Assembly (NCBI GenBank): GCA_022071975.1
Contig: JAJVIO010000036.1
Span: 1,606 to 65,605, forward strand
DNA from: Planctomycetota bacterium
GTDB lineage: Bacteria > Planctomycetota > UBA8742 > UBA2392
Direction: 5' to 3'
DNA: 64,000 nucleotides
The notes beneath the pieces were generated by a model that was not told where the DNA came from, made no database searches, and saw nothing but the letters and a program-made list of their open reading frames with translations. The position numbers and the translations under genes were made by a program. This document shows positions 14,789-23,856 of the stretch, piece by piece. The first letter of the stretch is position 1, and every line of letters begins with the position of its first letter.

Positions 14789-17167
14789 ATGATTCGAACC
14801 AGTTTCTTCCTTTTAATTACGCTGCTGGCCCTGCCGGCCCTCGCCAACGACATCGCGGTCTCGGCCGCTGACGGCCGCAGCGGCTGGCTGCTCCTTGAGA
14901 ACCCGCCCGGCGCCTCGGGTGCCACACTCTCTGAACACGCTGGAGATCCCGGCCTGCCCGCTCCGGACGCGCTCGGCTGGCCCCACCGCGCGGGCGCCCG
15001 CGCCGACGGCACCTACCCGGAAACCGAGTTGTGGCACTATGACTCGCGCACGGAGCAGTTCGCCCGAGCCACCCACTTCCTGGGCGCCGGCAAGCAGGGC
15101 AGCGCTTATCGCCGCACCCTCTACGCAGTGTTCGCCATCGCCGGCACGCCCTACGTGCTTCACTTCGACCCCTACCGCACCCTCGGCGGCTACACCCAGC
15201 TTTTGCGCGTTGACGACAATGCCCCAGCCGCGCAAGGGAAGGTGCCGGAGGGTGCAGTGTGTCTGAGCTCTGCTGACTTTCTGGACGCGCCGGCCGTCTC
15301 GCCCGATGGCCGGCATGTGGCGTTCCGCGGCTTTCGCGACGGGGCTTACAACCTGCGTGTTTATGACACCGAGACCTGGAAGCTGATCGCGGAGACAGAG
15401 ACAGGCGCTTTCGCACGGCCTGTGTGGTGCGACAATTCCAGCCTGGCAGTGATCACATGGGATAGCGGCAAACAGCCCGAGGCCGCACAACGCGACCCGT
15501 CCCTCAAGTTCAGCACCCGGCTTCTCGAGTCCCACGCGCCACAGCCCGGCAAACTGCTGCGCGCCGACCTGTCCGAGAACACCCTCAAACTCACCGAGCT
15601 GTTGGCCGGTGAGTTCCCGCCTGACCAGTACACCCGCAGCGTGCTGGCTGACCCCTTCGGCCTCGGCCTGGTTGTAGCGCGCAAGGTTGGCGAAGAGGTT
15701 GCTGTCGAACTGCGCGAGCCCAGGCCCGAGGGCAAGGCTCGCGTCATCGCGCGATTCGCGGCCTACCGCGGCTGCGCGGTGAGCATGGGACGCATCCAGT
15801 GCGCGGGCGTGCGGGAAATTGAGCGCTCCAACACCTTCGTGCTGACGGACCTGCACCGCTGGGGTGAAGTGCGCGCCCCGGGCCGGCGCATCTGGCTGCC
15901 CGTCGGCGACCGCGAGCTGGTTCGTGAGTTTCCACTGGCGCACATCTCGCCCGACGGCCACGGCGGCATGATCGACCTGGGGCGCGGCGTGATGGGCGTG
16001 CTCGAGCCCGTGGTGAACCCCGAGTACGACCCCGCCAAACCCGACGCCGCGCAGCTGCTGCGACACACCATCACCATCGACAACTGGCCAGGCTGCACGA
16101 CCATGCGTAACCCGCGCATGCTCCAGCGACTCAGCAAGCTGGTACGGCGCTTCGAAGAAGTCGGCCAGGTCAGCAGCACCATCCTGGCTTTCGATATCAA
16201 GATTGCCGCCAACCAGGGCGCCAACGAAAAGAACGGCCGCTACATCGAGCTCTACAGCTCGGCGGGCCGGAAGGGCAAAGGGCGCATCCGAACCGAGGAC
16301 AACCTGGGCGGCAGCTGGCTGGTACAGTCGATCGATGGCAGCGGTGAGATGGCCGGCGACAACTACTACACCTGGGCGGGGCAGGGCGACAAGCTGAACG
16401 CACAGCCCGCCGCGCGCAGCGGCAAGGCCTATGACGACCTGGTCACCCAGCTCGAAACCCGCAAACTGCTGATGTTCAGCGGGGCCGAGAAGGCCGTTTA
16501 CCACGGCGGCTTGCTCTACCTTCAAGCAGGCCACTACCGTGACCCCAACAGCGGCGCTACCTGGCGCACCTGGGTGTACGCGCGCTACGGCCGCGTTTTG
16601 AACGAAGCCGACCAGGAGGCGAACGACAAGCTCGTTGCGCGGCTGGACGAACTGGCGGGCACGCTTGGCGATCCACAGGCTCGCGCGGAGTACGACAAGC
16701 AGTTGAAAGCCTGGTGGGCGATCCGCCGCGAGCGCGTGGTCGTACGCTTCGTGGCCGATTTACCGATCGGCTCGGCCGGCGACTGGAAGTTCCCCCACGC
16801 GATCGCGCAGGTGCAGATGCGTTTCGCGCTCGCGAACCAGCAGCAGGCGGCCGTCACCGAGCTGACCTTCGAGCCCGACCGCTGGGTGGCCCTGCCGCAC
16901 CTGGTGGATCTGCAGAACAACAAGCCGGAGAACGAGCGCAAACCTGACCTGCTGCTGCCTGCTGTGTTCCGCATTTATGAGCGCAACAAGGAAGGCAAGC
17001 TGGAGGAGAAGCTGAAGGCGGTGGCAGTCGGCGGCCGCGACGCCAAGGGCGCTGCACAGGGCTTTGATCACCCGGTGAAGCAGGTGAAGGCGGGCAGGAT
17101 AACACCGGGCTACGAAGTGCCGCTGGTGAAGTTCAGCAACAAGCAGTTCGTGGAGCTGCAGCGTTGA
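14789..17167 (+). CDS. Secreted hypothetical protein with TolB/PD40-like beta-propeller segment
   Basis: Signal peptide MIRTSFFLLITLLALPALA-ND and a PD40-like unit SPDGRHVAFRGFRDGAYNLRVYD. 792 aa with strong GC3 bias; no family recognised for the C-terminal half. Confidence 0.6.
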   Translation: MIRTSFFLLITLLALPALANDIAVSAADGRSGWLLLENPPGASGATLSEHAGDPGLPAPDALGWPHRAGARADGTYPETELWHYDSRTEQFARATHFLGAGKQGSAYRRTLYAVFAIAGTPYVLHFDPYRTLGGYTQLLRVDDNAPAAQGKVPEGAVCLSSADFLDAPAVSPDGRHVAFRGFRDGAYNLRVYDTETWKLIAETETGAFARPVWCDNSSLAVITWDSGKQPEAAQRDPSLKFSTRLLESHAPQPGKLLRADLSENTLKLTELLAGEFPPDQYTRSVLADPFGLGLVVARKVGEEVAVELREPRPEGKARVIARFAAYRGCAVSMGRIQCAGVREIERSNTFVLTDLHRWGEVRAPGRRIWLPVGDRELVREFPLAHISPDGHGGMIDLGRGVMGVLEPVVNPEYDPAKPDAAQLLRHTITIDNWPGCTTMRNPRMLQRLSKLVRRFEEVGQVSSTILAFDIKIAANQGANEKNGRYIELYSSAGRKGKGRIRTEDNLGGSWLVQSIDGSGEMAGDNYYTWAGQGDKLNAQPAARSGKAYDDLVTQLETRKLLMFSGAEKAVYHGGLLYLQAGHYRDPNSGATWRTWVYARYGRVLNEADQEANDKLVARLDELAGTLGDPQARAEYDKQLKAWWAIRRERVVVRFVADLPIGSAGDWKFPHAIAQVQMRFALANQQQAAVTELTFEPDRWVALPHLVDLQNNKPENERKPDLLLPAVFRIYERNKEGKLEEKLKAVAVGGRDAKGAAQGFDHPVKQVKAGRITPGYEVPLVKFSNKQFVELQR

Positions 17168-17192
17168 CCGGCGCGGATGGCCGCACCCCCTA

Positions 17193-17221
17193 TTGACGCT
17201 GTTACGGAGCTGGGATATCTA
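17193..17221 (+). promoter_or_regulatory. Possible sigma70-type promoter for the tRNA gene
   Basis: TTGACG (17193-17198), a 17-nt spacer, then TATCTA (17216-17221), about 40 nt upstream of the tRNA 5' end. The -10 match is weak. Confidence 0.3.
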
Positions 17222-17260
17222 TTGCCCCTCGCGCCGCAGGTCCGGGCGCCGATTGAAAAC

Positions 17261-17336
17261 TGCGGGGTGGAGCAGATGGCAGCTCGCAAGGCTCATAACC
17301 TTGAGGTCGCTGGTTCGAGTCCAGCCCCCGCTACCA
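17261..17336 (+). tRNA. tRNA-Met (anticodon CAU), initiator-like
   Basis: A 76-nt cloverleaf folds by hand. Acceptor stem UGCGGGG/CCCCGCU, D stem GAGC/GCUC, anticodon arm CAAGG-CUCAUAA-CCUUG, T arm GCUGG-UUCGAGU-CCAGC, with an encoded CCA. It shows a 1:72 mismatch and A11:U24. Confidence 0.9.
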
Positions 17337-17343
17337 AACAACA

Positions 17344-17377
17344 GCGCCCGGCATTGGCCGGGTGCTTTGTTTTTTTT
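17344..17377 (+). terminator. Rho-independent terminator after the tRNA
   Basis: Stem GCGCCCGGC / GCCGGGTGC (core CCCGGC-ATTG-GCCGGG is perfect), followed by TTTGTTTTTTTT. Confidence 0.75.
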
Positions 17378-17381
17378 AGGT

Positions 17382-17966
17382 TCACTGGCGGTGGGTTACT
17401 ACTACTCCCGTGCATTCGCCCTTGTTGAGTTTGCGGTATGAATGCTCGAGTGTGGCGTCGAAATACACGCTGTCCCCTTCCTCGAGCACGTGCTTGCGGC
17501 CATCCCAGGTGAGTTCCAGCCTGCCGGCCGTGATGAAGATGAACTCGATGCCCGCATGGCTGTGGGTCAAAGGCTCGGCGGCTTCCTTGAAGCTTGCGAG
17601 CCAGGCATTGAGGTCTGGCTCATGCACTGTGTAGTCCAGACTTTCGAAGTCATAGGGCATGGGATTGGACGTGTTTCGGCCGTCCAGCCGGATTCGCTCC
17701 GCCTTGCGCGTGATGCCAAAAGCGTGCCGAGCGGTGTGGTCGGTGAAGAAGAAGTCCAGGCCGGTGCTGAAGGCCAGAGCGATGCGGGTCAGCGTCGGGA
17801 GGGTCGGCACCACCTTGCCGCTCTCGATCTTGCTGAGCATCGCGGCGGACAGGCCTGTGTGTTGGCCCAGTTCCGTGAGGCGCAGCCCGCGATCCGTCCG
17901 CAAGGTGCGGATCTTCTCACCGATGCGGTAGTGTTCGAGCTCGGTTTCAATGGTTCTGGAAATCAC
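17382..17966 (-). CDS. XRE-family HTH transcriptional regulator with C-terminal cupin domain
   Basis: GTG 17966 is preceded by GAGGAGG. HTH region IRTLRTDRGLRLTELGQHTGLSAAMLSKIESG and cupin region HSHAGIEFIFITAGRLELTWDGRKHVLEEGDSVYFD. It overlaps the end of the ABC ATPase gene by 20 nt. Confidence 0.8.
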   Translation of the reverse strand: MISRTIETELEHYRIGEKIRTLRTDRGLRLTELGQHTGLSAAMLSKIESGKVVPTLPTLTRIALAFSTGLDFFFTDHTARHAFGITRKAERIRLDGRNTSNPMPYDFESLDYTVHEPDLNAWLASFKEAAEPLTHSHAGIEFIFITAGRLELTWDGRKHVLEEGDSVYFDATLEHSYRKLNKGECTGVVVTHRQ

Positions 17967-18840
17967 GTCTCGCCTCCTCAGATGCGCCGTTTTGCCCCCA
18001 GGGCTCGGAAAGCGGCCCTTTCCCCCTGCCCTGCACAAACTGGTTGATCACCTTGTCATCTGTCTCAATGAAGCTGGCCGGCGCCCCCTGGTGATGGATG
18101 CGCCCGCGCCACAGCATCAGGATCTCGTGGCTCAGGCGGAATGCCGTGCGCATCTCGTGCGTGACCGCCACGGCCGTGCAGCCGATTTTCCGCGTCAGCC
18201 CCAGCACCAGCTCATCCAGCACTGCCGCGGTCACCGGGTCAGCGCCGCTGGTTGGTTCATCCAGGAACAGCAGGTCGGGCTCGAGCACGATGGCGCGCGC
18301 CAGGGCGCAGCGCTTCTTCATGCCGCCGGACAGCTCCGCGGGCATGCGGTCGCGGGAATCCTGCATGCCTACCAGTTCAAGCTTGTGCTCGGCGATCCGG
18401 CGAATCATGGACGCCGAGAATTCGGTGTGAAGGCGCAACGGCAGCGCGACGTTTTCCAGCACGCTCATGCTGCTGAGCAGCGCCGCGGACTGGAACACGA
18501 CGCCAGTGCGCCTCCTAACGCTTTCTGATTCGGCCCCGGATACCGTTGACACGTCAATGCCCAGGATATGGATGCTGCCGGAGTCAACAGGCGTAAGTCC
18601 CAGCAGCGACTTCAACAGCGTGGTCTTGCCACAACCGCTCGGGCCGATGATCGAGTAAACGTGCCCGCGCTGCAGCTGAAAAGACAAGCCGTCCAGCACT
18701 CGCCTGCCGTCGTATTCCTTCACCAGCTCATGCACCCGGACGACAGTCTTCTGCACGGGCGCAGCCGGGCCAACAGCAGCCTGCGGAGCGGGATCGGCCG
18801 CGGGGCGCATGGGCACAAGGCTGGCTTCGCTGGACGGCAT
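17947..18840 (-). CDS. mlaF: ABC transporter ATP-binding protein, MlaF-like
   Basis: Walker A GPSGCGKTT, signature LSGGMKKR, Walker B LLFLDEPTSGAD. It lies directly downstream of an MlaE-like permease. The N-terminal start is uncertain (18840 or 18810). Confidence 0.8.
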   Translation of the reverse strand: MPSSEASLVPMRPAADPAPQAAVGPAAPVQKTVVRVHELVKEYDGRRVLDGLSFQLQRGHVYSIIGPSGCGKTTLLKSLLGLTPVDSGSIHILGIDVSTVSGAESESVRRRTGVVFQSAALLSSMSVLENVALPLRLHTEFSASMIRRIAEHKLELVGMQDSRDRMPAELSGGMKKRCALARAIVLEPDLLFLDEPTSGADPVTAAVLDELVLGLTRKIGCTAVAVTHEMRTAFRLSHEILMLWRGRIHHQGAPASFIETDDKVINQFVQGRGKGPLSEPWGQNGASEEARRDFQNH

Positions 18841-18847
18841 ATCACTC

Positions 18848-19684
18848 CTAGACCGGCGCGGTCGGGACCAGCTGCCAGGCCTGCAGCACGTTGTTCACCA
18901 TGGCGCAGAACAGGTCGATCGCGATGATCACCGCCTGGCACGCCACCACGGCGCCCATGGTCGCGCGGCCGAGCTCGGCGCTGCCGCCTTCGACCTGGAA
19001 CCCGCGATGCAGGGCCACGGCCGCGATGCCGATCGCGTAACAGAAGGCCTTGGCAACCGCAAAGGCCACGTCGTAGGGAACGATGAAGTAGCGCACGCTT
19101 TCCGCGAACACCTCCGCGCTGATGCCGAAGCTGGCAACGCCCATCAGGAATCCGCCCAGCAGCGCGACCACCTCGAACACCAGGGTGAGGCCCGCCAATG
19201 CTATGCCAACGGCCATCACGCGCGGAGCGGCGACAAAGGCTATCGGGCGGGCGCCCATGGCCTGCAGGGCATCCAGCTCCTCGCCAAGCTTCATGGCGCC
19301 GACCTCGGCCGCCAGCGAAGCGCCGATGCGCCCCGCGAACAGCAACGCGGTAATCACCGGGGCGATGAAGCGGGTGATCATGATGGCCAGCACGCCCGGC
19401 GCCACCTCGGGCGTGCCGCGGCGCTGGAAATCGGGCACTGTCTGCGCCATCACACCAGCGCCGATCAGGAAAGCCACGAACAGGATCAGCGGCAACGAGC
19501 GCCCGCCCATCACCTCGATCTGGCGCAACAGTTCGCGGCGGTCGTACACACGCGGCCTGACCAGGCCGACAAAGCCGTAGGCATACGCGCGCAAAGTGAA
19601 GCGCATGGTTGACCCGAAAGACGCCAGACCGTCGTTGATGACCGCCCCGAGCTTCGCAACCGGTTGTATGAGTGCCGGACTCAT
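18848..19684 (-). CDS. mlaE: ABC transporter permease, MlaE/YrbE-like
   Basis: Start MSPALIQP at 19684 overlaps the upstream stop (ATGA). Motifs LRQIEVMGGRSLPLI, GASLAAEVGAMKLGEELDALQAMG and VAKAFCYA are characteristic of MlaE-type permeases. Confidence 0.8.
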   Translation of the reverse strand: MSPALIQPVAKLGAVINDGLASFGSTMRFTLRAYAYGFVGLVRPRVYDRRELLRQIEVMGGRSLPLILFVAFLIGAGVMAQTVPDFQRRGTPEVAPGVLAIMITRFIAPVITALLFAGRIGASLAAEVGAMKLGEELDALQAMGARPIAFVAAPRVMAVGIALAGLTLVFEVVALLGGFLMGVASFGISAEVFAESVRYFIVPYDVAFAVAKAFCYAIGIAAVALHRGFQVEGGSAELGRATMGAVVACQAVIIAIDLFCAMVNNVLQAWQLVPTAPV

Positions 19685-20439
19685 GCGGGCTCCAGCTCTG
19701 TCAGCCGTTGCGGAGAGCGTCGCCCGGCCGCCTGCACGCCGAGATCGAATCCCATCAGCACCAGTGCAGCCACCCCCGGCAGCAGATAGCCGAGCGCGAA
19801 CGCGATCAGACCGAAGAACACGATTACGCTGCCGCCAATCCAGCGCGCGGCGGGATGCGGACTGAACTTCCGCGGAACCGCAAGGAAGATCAGCAGGCTG
19901 GTCACAAACCAGCCCGCGAAGTTCACCCACGGGATGCCGTAATAGGCGCCGCCACCCTCCCAGCGCCAGTAGCCAAGCGGTCCCGCCGCCAGCGGATCGA
20001 TCACCAGGTCAATCGCGGTCATCCATGCGGCCGCCACGAATGGCCGCCAAAGGCCTGGCAGCGCGAGCATGCTGACCCGCTGCTGCACGTATGCCAGCAG
20101 CACCAGCCAGGCGGCCGCCAGCACAAGCGGCACGCCGAGGAATGACGGGGCAAGCACACCCGTGTACTCGTACGCGCTGTATGGCACGCCGAACGCTACA
20201 CCGCTGAGTTCGGACAGAAAGCCGATGCCCGCGCCCACCGCCAGCCAGCGCCACCCCGACACGCGGGTCACCGAGAACACCAACGCGCCTGCCAGCGCCA
20301 GGAACACTGGCGCTGTCCACCCGGTGCCCTCCGGCGGACCGTCCAGAATCGCATACGACACAACACCACCCACCCACAGGAGGGCATAGGCGAGGACCAG
20401 CGGGACTTTCAGTACGTCAGGCGCTTTCATGTTTCTCAA
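19681..20439 (-). CDS. Carotenoid biosynthesis membrane protein (DUF422 / Caroten_synth family; CruF-like candidate 1,2-hydratase)
   Basis: Seven hydrophobic helices with the family-like motifs AIDLVIDPLA and YYGIPWVNFAGWF. It is embedded in the crt operon. Confidence 0.7.
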   Translation of the reverse strand: MRNMKAPDVLKVPLVLAYALLWVGGVVSYAILDGPPEGTGWTAPVFLALAGALVFSVTRVSGWRWLAVGAGIGFLSELSGVAFGVPYSAYEYTGVLAPSFLGVPLVLAAAWLVLLAYVQQRVSMLALPGLWRPFVAAAWMTAIDLVIDPLAAGPLGYWRWEGGGAYYGIPWVNFAGWFVTSLLIFLAVPRKFSPHPAARWIGGSVIVFFGLIAFALGYLLPGVAALVLMGFDLGVQAAGRRSPQRLTELEPA

Positions 20440-21877
20440 TCAGGCTGGAAGTGATTTTCGCCGACAGAAGCACCGTGGGCGTCCCGCCTCCCGGGTGTGA
20501 CGAGCCGCCGACCAGATACAGGCCGCGGGTACGCTGGCGGTTCGCCGGCCTGATAAACGCGTTCCTCCAGCCGTGGCTGTGGGCGCCGTAAATGGCGCCG
20601 CCGGGCATGCGGTAGCTGGCGCCGATGCGCCGGGGCGTCCAGTGGTCGATCGCCATTGCATCTTCGCGCAAGTCCGGCAGTCCGCTGCGTGCCAGGCGCC
20701 CGACCACGCGCTGCCAGGCGGTGCGGGTCATTGCCTCGTCCCACGGTTCTGCCCGGGCGGGCGCGTTGGCCATGATGAACAGCGTCTCGCCCTGGCCGGG
20801 CACCACGCCGCGGTCACTGCGGCTGGGGGCGTTGACATAGACCGTGGGATCTTCCGGGAACTCGCCGTCATCGAAGATCTGGCTGAATTCGCGCTGGTAA
20901 TCCGCGCTGAAGCACACGGTGTGGTGGTGCAGGTTCGGCATGTCGTTGCGCATCGCTGCCAGTGTGAGGAAGCCCGACATGCTGCGCCGCTCCGGCGGCA
21001 GCGTCGGCTCATCACCGCCCAGCAGCTGATTCAGGAAGCTCGCGTCGCCGTTCATGACAACCACGTCGGCGTTGATGCTGCCGCCATCCGCAAGATGCAC
21101 GCTCTTGACGCGTCCACGCTCATGGCCGATGCGGGCTACGGGCGCGTTGGCAAGCAGCGTCGCGCCCTTTTCCCGAGCGACTCCTGCCAGCGCCTCCACA
21201 ATGCGGTACAACCCCCCCTTCACGAACCAGCCGCCGTACGCGTGCTCCAGGTACGGAATCACCAGCAGCGTCGCCGGGCTTCGGAACGGCGAGCTGCCGA
21301 CGTAGGTGGGATAGCGGTTGAACATCTGCCGCAGGTACGGGCTGCGGAACAGCGAGCGCACGACCTTGTCGTAGTTCCCCCACGCGTTGCGCAAAGGGAA
21401 GTGACGCAGTGCCTTGATCGTGCGCCAGTCGGGCGGCTGATCCATCCCTCGGCGCAGGAACGTTTCGCTCGAGAGTTCGAACAGCCGCGCACCCAGCTCC
21501 AGGAAGCGCAGGAAGCCGTCCGCGTCCCGTGGCTCCAGCGCGCGAAGCACGTCCAGCCAATGCGGCAGATTTGTGCTGTGCTCGAAGCGGGTGCCGTCGG
21601 GCCAGATGTACTCGGCGACCGGCTCCAGGCGCACCAACTCAAGATGATCTTCCATCCGCGCGCCGGCAGCCTTGAAGGTCTCCTCGAACACGTGCGGCAT
21701 GGTGATCAGCGATGGGCCGGTGTCGAAGGTGTAGCCCTGGGTTTGCCAGCGGTTCATCTTGCCGCCGAAAGCCGGTCCCGCCTCGCAGAGCGTGACCATG
21801 TGGCCCGCGGCCGACAACCTGACCGCTGTCGCCAGGCCACCCAGCCCCCCGCCGATGATGGCAACGCGCAGGCTCAT
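20417..21877 (-). CDS. Phytoene-desaturase-family FAD oxidoreductase (CrtD/CrtP-like second desaturase)
   Basis: N-terminal dinucleotide fold VAIIGGGLGGLATAVRL followed by GGKMNRWQTQGYTFDTGPS, and C-terminal GLYLVGGSSHPGGGTP. Confidence 0.85.
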   Translation of the reverse strand: MSLRVAIIGGGLGGLATAVRLSAAGHMVTLCEAGPAFGGKMNRWQTQGYTFDTGPSLITMPHVFEETFKAAGARMEDHLELVRLEPVAEYIWPDGTRFEHSTNLPHWLDVLRALEPRDADGFLRFLELGARLFELSSETFLRRGMDQPPDWRTIKALRHFPLRNAWGNYDKVVRSLFRSPYLRQMFNRYPTYVGSSPFRSPATLLVIPYLEHAYGGWFVKGGLYRIVEALAGVAREKGATLLANAPVARIGHERGRVKSVHLADGGSINADVVVMNGDASFLNQLLGGDEPTLPPERRSMSGFLTLAAMRNDMPNLHHHTVCFSADYQREFSQIFDDGEFPEDPTVYVNAPSRSDRGVVPGQGETLFIMANAPARAEPWDEAMTRTAWQRVVGRLARSGLPDLREDAMAIDHWTPRRIGASYRMPGGAIYGAHSHGWRNAFIRPANRQRTRGLYLVGGSSHPGGGTPTVLLSAKITSSLIEKHESA

Positions 21878-23001
21878 ACCGATGCTCCCTCGGGCGCTTC
21901 ACGGTAGCGGCGCCCCTTCCACTCCACGCCACGGCCGGTGACGACGCGCCACCACGACGCCAATCCTATGGCCAACAAGAACAGCTCTGCAGCAGGATGC
22001 AGAAGCACCGACCAGAGCGGGTGCCCGAAACGAAGTGCAAGTAACAGACGCGCCAACAACACAGACAGCGCCGCCGCCATGAACAACGCGCCGGCCATTG
22101 ACCCGTCAAGAACGAGCAGCGCCAGGCCGAAGGGAAGCAGGAACACGCCCGCGTGCATCAGCATGAACGCCCAGAACCCGGCCTGGCTGCGGAATGCCGG
22201 GTAAAGGTTCTTGCGGAAGCCGGCCCAGATCTCGCCCAGCGAGCGATACATGCGTACACGCACGGTACCGGTACCGTCCAGGCACAAGCTTCGCTCACCG
22301 GCGGCGCGCCAGTGCTGGGCAAGGCGCGTGTCTTCAAACAGTTCGGACTTCACAAGTTCATGTCCGCCCAGCCTGCGGTAGACATCAGCCAGCACCATGA
22401 TGCAGGCGCCGTGGGCGATGCCCAGGGCACGATCCTGGCGTCGGGCCGCCAGCGGCGCCGGAAACAGGGTCAGCAGCACGAAGTTCAACAGCGGCATGAG
22501 CAGACGCTCCGCGAAGCCGCGCATCTCGAGCTGTGGCCAGCAGGACAGGAATGAAAGGCCGCGACGCCCGCATTCGGCGGCCATCCTGGCCGCAGCGCCC
22601 GGGGCGAGTCGCGCGTCCGCGTCAAGGAACAACAGCCAGTCCCCGGATGCCACGGCTCCCAGGCTCTGGCAGGCATGCGTCTTGCCACACCAGCCGCCGG
22701 GAAGCGCGGGCGGCTTCACCAGCTTCACGCGTCGGTCTTTCGCGGCGTAGCTTTCGATGATGTCGGGAGTCCGGTCCGTGGAGTGGTCGTCGGCGACCAG
22801 AATTTCGATCACATCCGGCTGCGTCAGCACGCTGTCGAGGCAGGCAGGCAGGTTCTCGGCCTCGTTTCTCGCCGGGATCAACACGCTGACCTTCGCGGGT
22901 GCCGTCAAGTTCCCGACGCGCCGCCAGCCGATCGCGTTGATCGCCACAACAGCAAGTGCGCCGAGGGACAGCGCAAAAACAATCGTCGCAAGTACCAGCA
23001 C
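21874..23001 (-). CDS. Family 2 glycosyltransferase (carotenoid glycosyltransferase candidate, CrtQ/CruG-like)
   Basis: VSVLIPARNEAENL, ADDHSTDRT and LFLDADARL (DxD-type), plus a C-terminal membrane domain. It has a 4-nt overlap with the next gene. Confidence 0.8.
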   Translation of the reverse strand: MLVLATIVFALSLGALAVVAINAIGWRRVGNLTAPAKVSVLIPARNEAENLPACLDSVLTQPDVIEILVADDHSTDRTPDIIESYAAKDRRVKLVKPPALPGGWCGKTHACQSLGAVASGDWLLFLDADARLAPGAAARMAAECGRRGLSFLSCWPQLEMRGFAERLLMPLLNFVLLTLFPAPLAARRQDRALGIAHGACIMVLADVYRRLGGHELVKSELFEDTRLAQHWRAAGERSLCLDGTGTVRVRMYRSLGEIWAGFRKNLYPAFRSQAGFWAFMLMHAGVFLLPFGLALLVLDGSMAGALFMAAALSVLLARLLLALRFGHPLWSVLLHPAAELFLLAIGLASWWRVVTGRGVEWKGRRYREAPEGASV

Positions 23002-23003
23002 GG

Positions 23004-23855
23004 TTACCCCGCCTGCTTCGTCTCGGAAACCTGCGCGCCCGCAAGCAGCCAGTCCGCGAAGTCATGCAGGAACTTGACTTCCGGCGATGCCCCGAACACC
23101 TCCGCGAGGTGAGCCTTGGCCCGGTCAATCCACCCGGCGGCCCGTTGGCGCAACTCATGCGGCGTCAAACCCGCCCAAGCCCGGTCGTCTTCAAGATCGT
23201 GCGAATCGTCCACAAGCTGGTATCCCATCCCGGCGCAGTGGCCGAAACCGGAGAGGCCGTCAACAACAGCCGGCCTGGAAGCCGCCGCTATGGCCGGGGC
23301 AACCAGCGCGAGGCGGAACAGCGTCGTGGTCTTCAGGTAGTGCTCTTCCCGGATGCCGGCCCGTTCGCCCGCATCGACCTGCAGGTCAATGGTCTGGCCG
23401 GCTACCATGCCGCGGTGGCCGATACATTCGCACGCCAGCCGAACGAGCTCACGTCCGTTGGGTAGCTCCGCAAGCAGTGCATAGGTCTGGTTCAGCAGCG
23501 CCATTGCCGCCAGCACGGCCACGCCCTCGCCGAAGCGCAGATGGGTAGACACGCGGCCGCGGCGTTCACGGGTGTCGTCCATGCACGGCAGGTCGTCAAG
23601 AATCAGGGAGGCCGTGTGGAGATACTCCAACGCGGCCCCAATGCGCATGGCATGGTCCTGGCCCAGCCCGACCATCCGCGCAGCCACCAGCACAAGCACG
23701 GGGCGCATGCGTTTGCCACCGCTGAACACCGCGTAGTGCACGGCCTGATCGAGAGCCGCGGTTCCCGGCATGCCTGACACAGGAAGATGGGAATGCAGCG
23801 CGGCCTCAATTCCCGGCGCCAGTTCGTGGATCAGCTGTTTTGCGTGGGTGTCCAT
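23004..23855 (-). CDS. Polyprenyl diphosphate synthase (GGPP/FPP synthase, CrtE-like)
   Basis: First Asp-rich motif LILDDLPCMDD and second YQLVDDSHD; also GGKRMRP. Confidence 0.85.
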   Translation of the reverse strand: MDTHAKQLIHELAPGIEAALHSHLPVSGMPGTAALDQAVHYAVFSGGKRMRPVLVLVAARMVGLGQDHAMRIGAALEYLHTASLILDDLPCMDDTRERRGRVSTHLRFGEGVAVLAAMALLNQTYALLAELPNGRELVRLACECIGHRGMVAGQTIDLQVDAGERAGIREEHYLKTTTLFRLALVAPAIAAASRPAVVDGLSGFGHCAGMGYQLVDDSHDLEDDRAWAGLTPHELRQRAAGWIDRAKAHLAEVFGASPEVKFLHDFADWLLAGAQVSETKQAG

Positions 23856-23856
23856 T

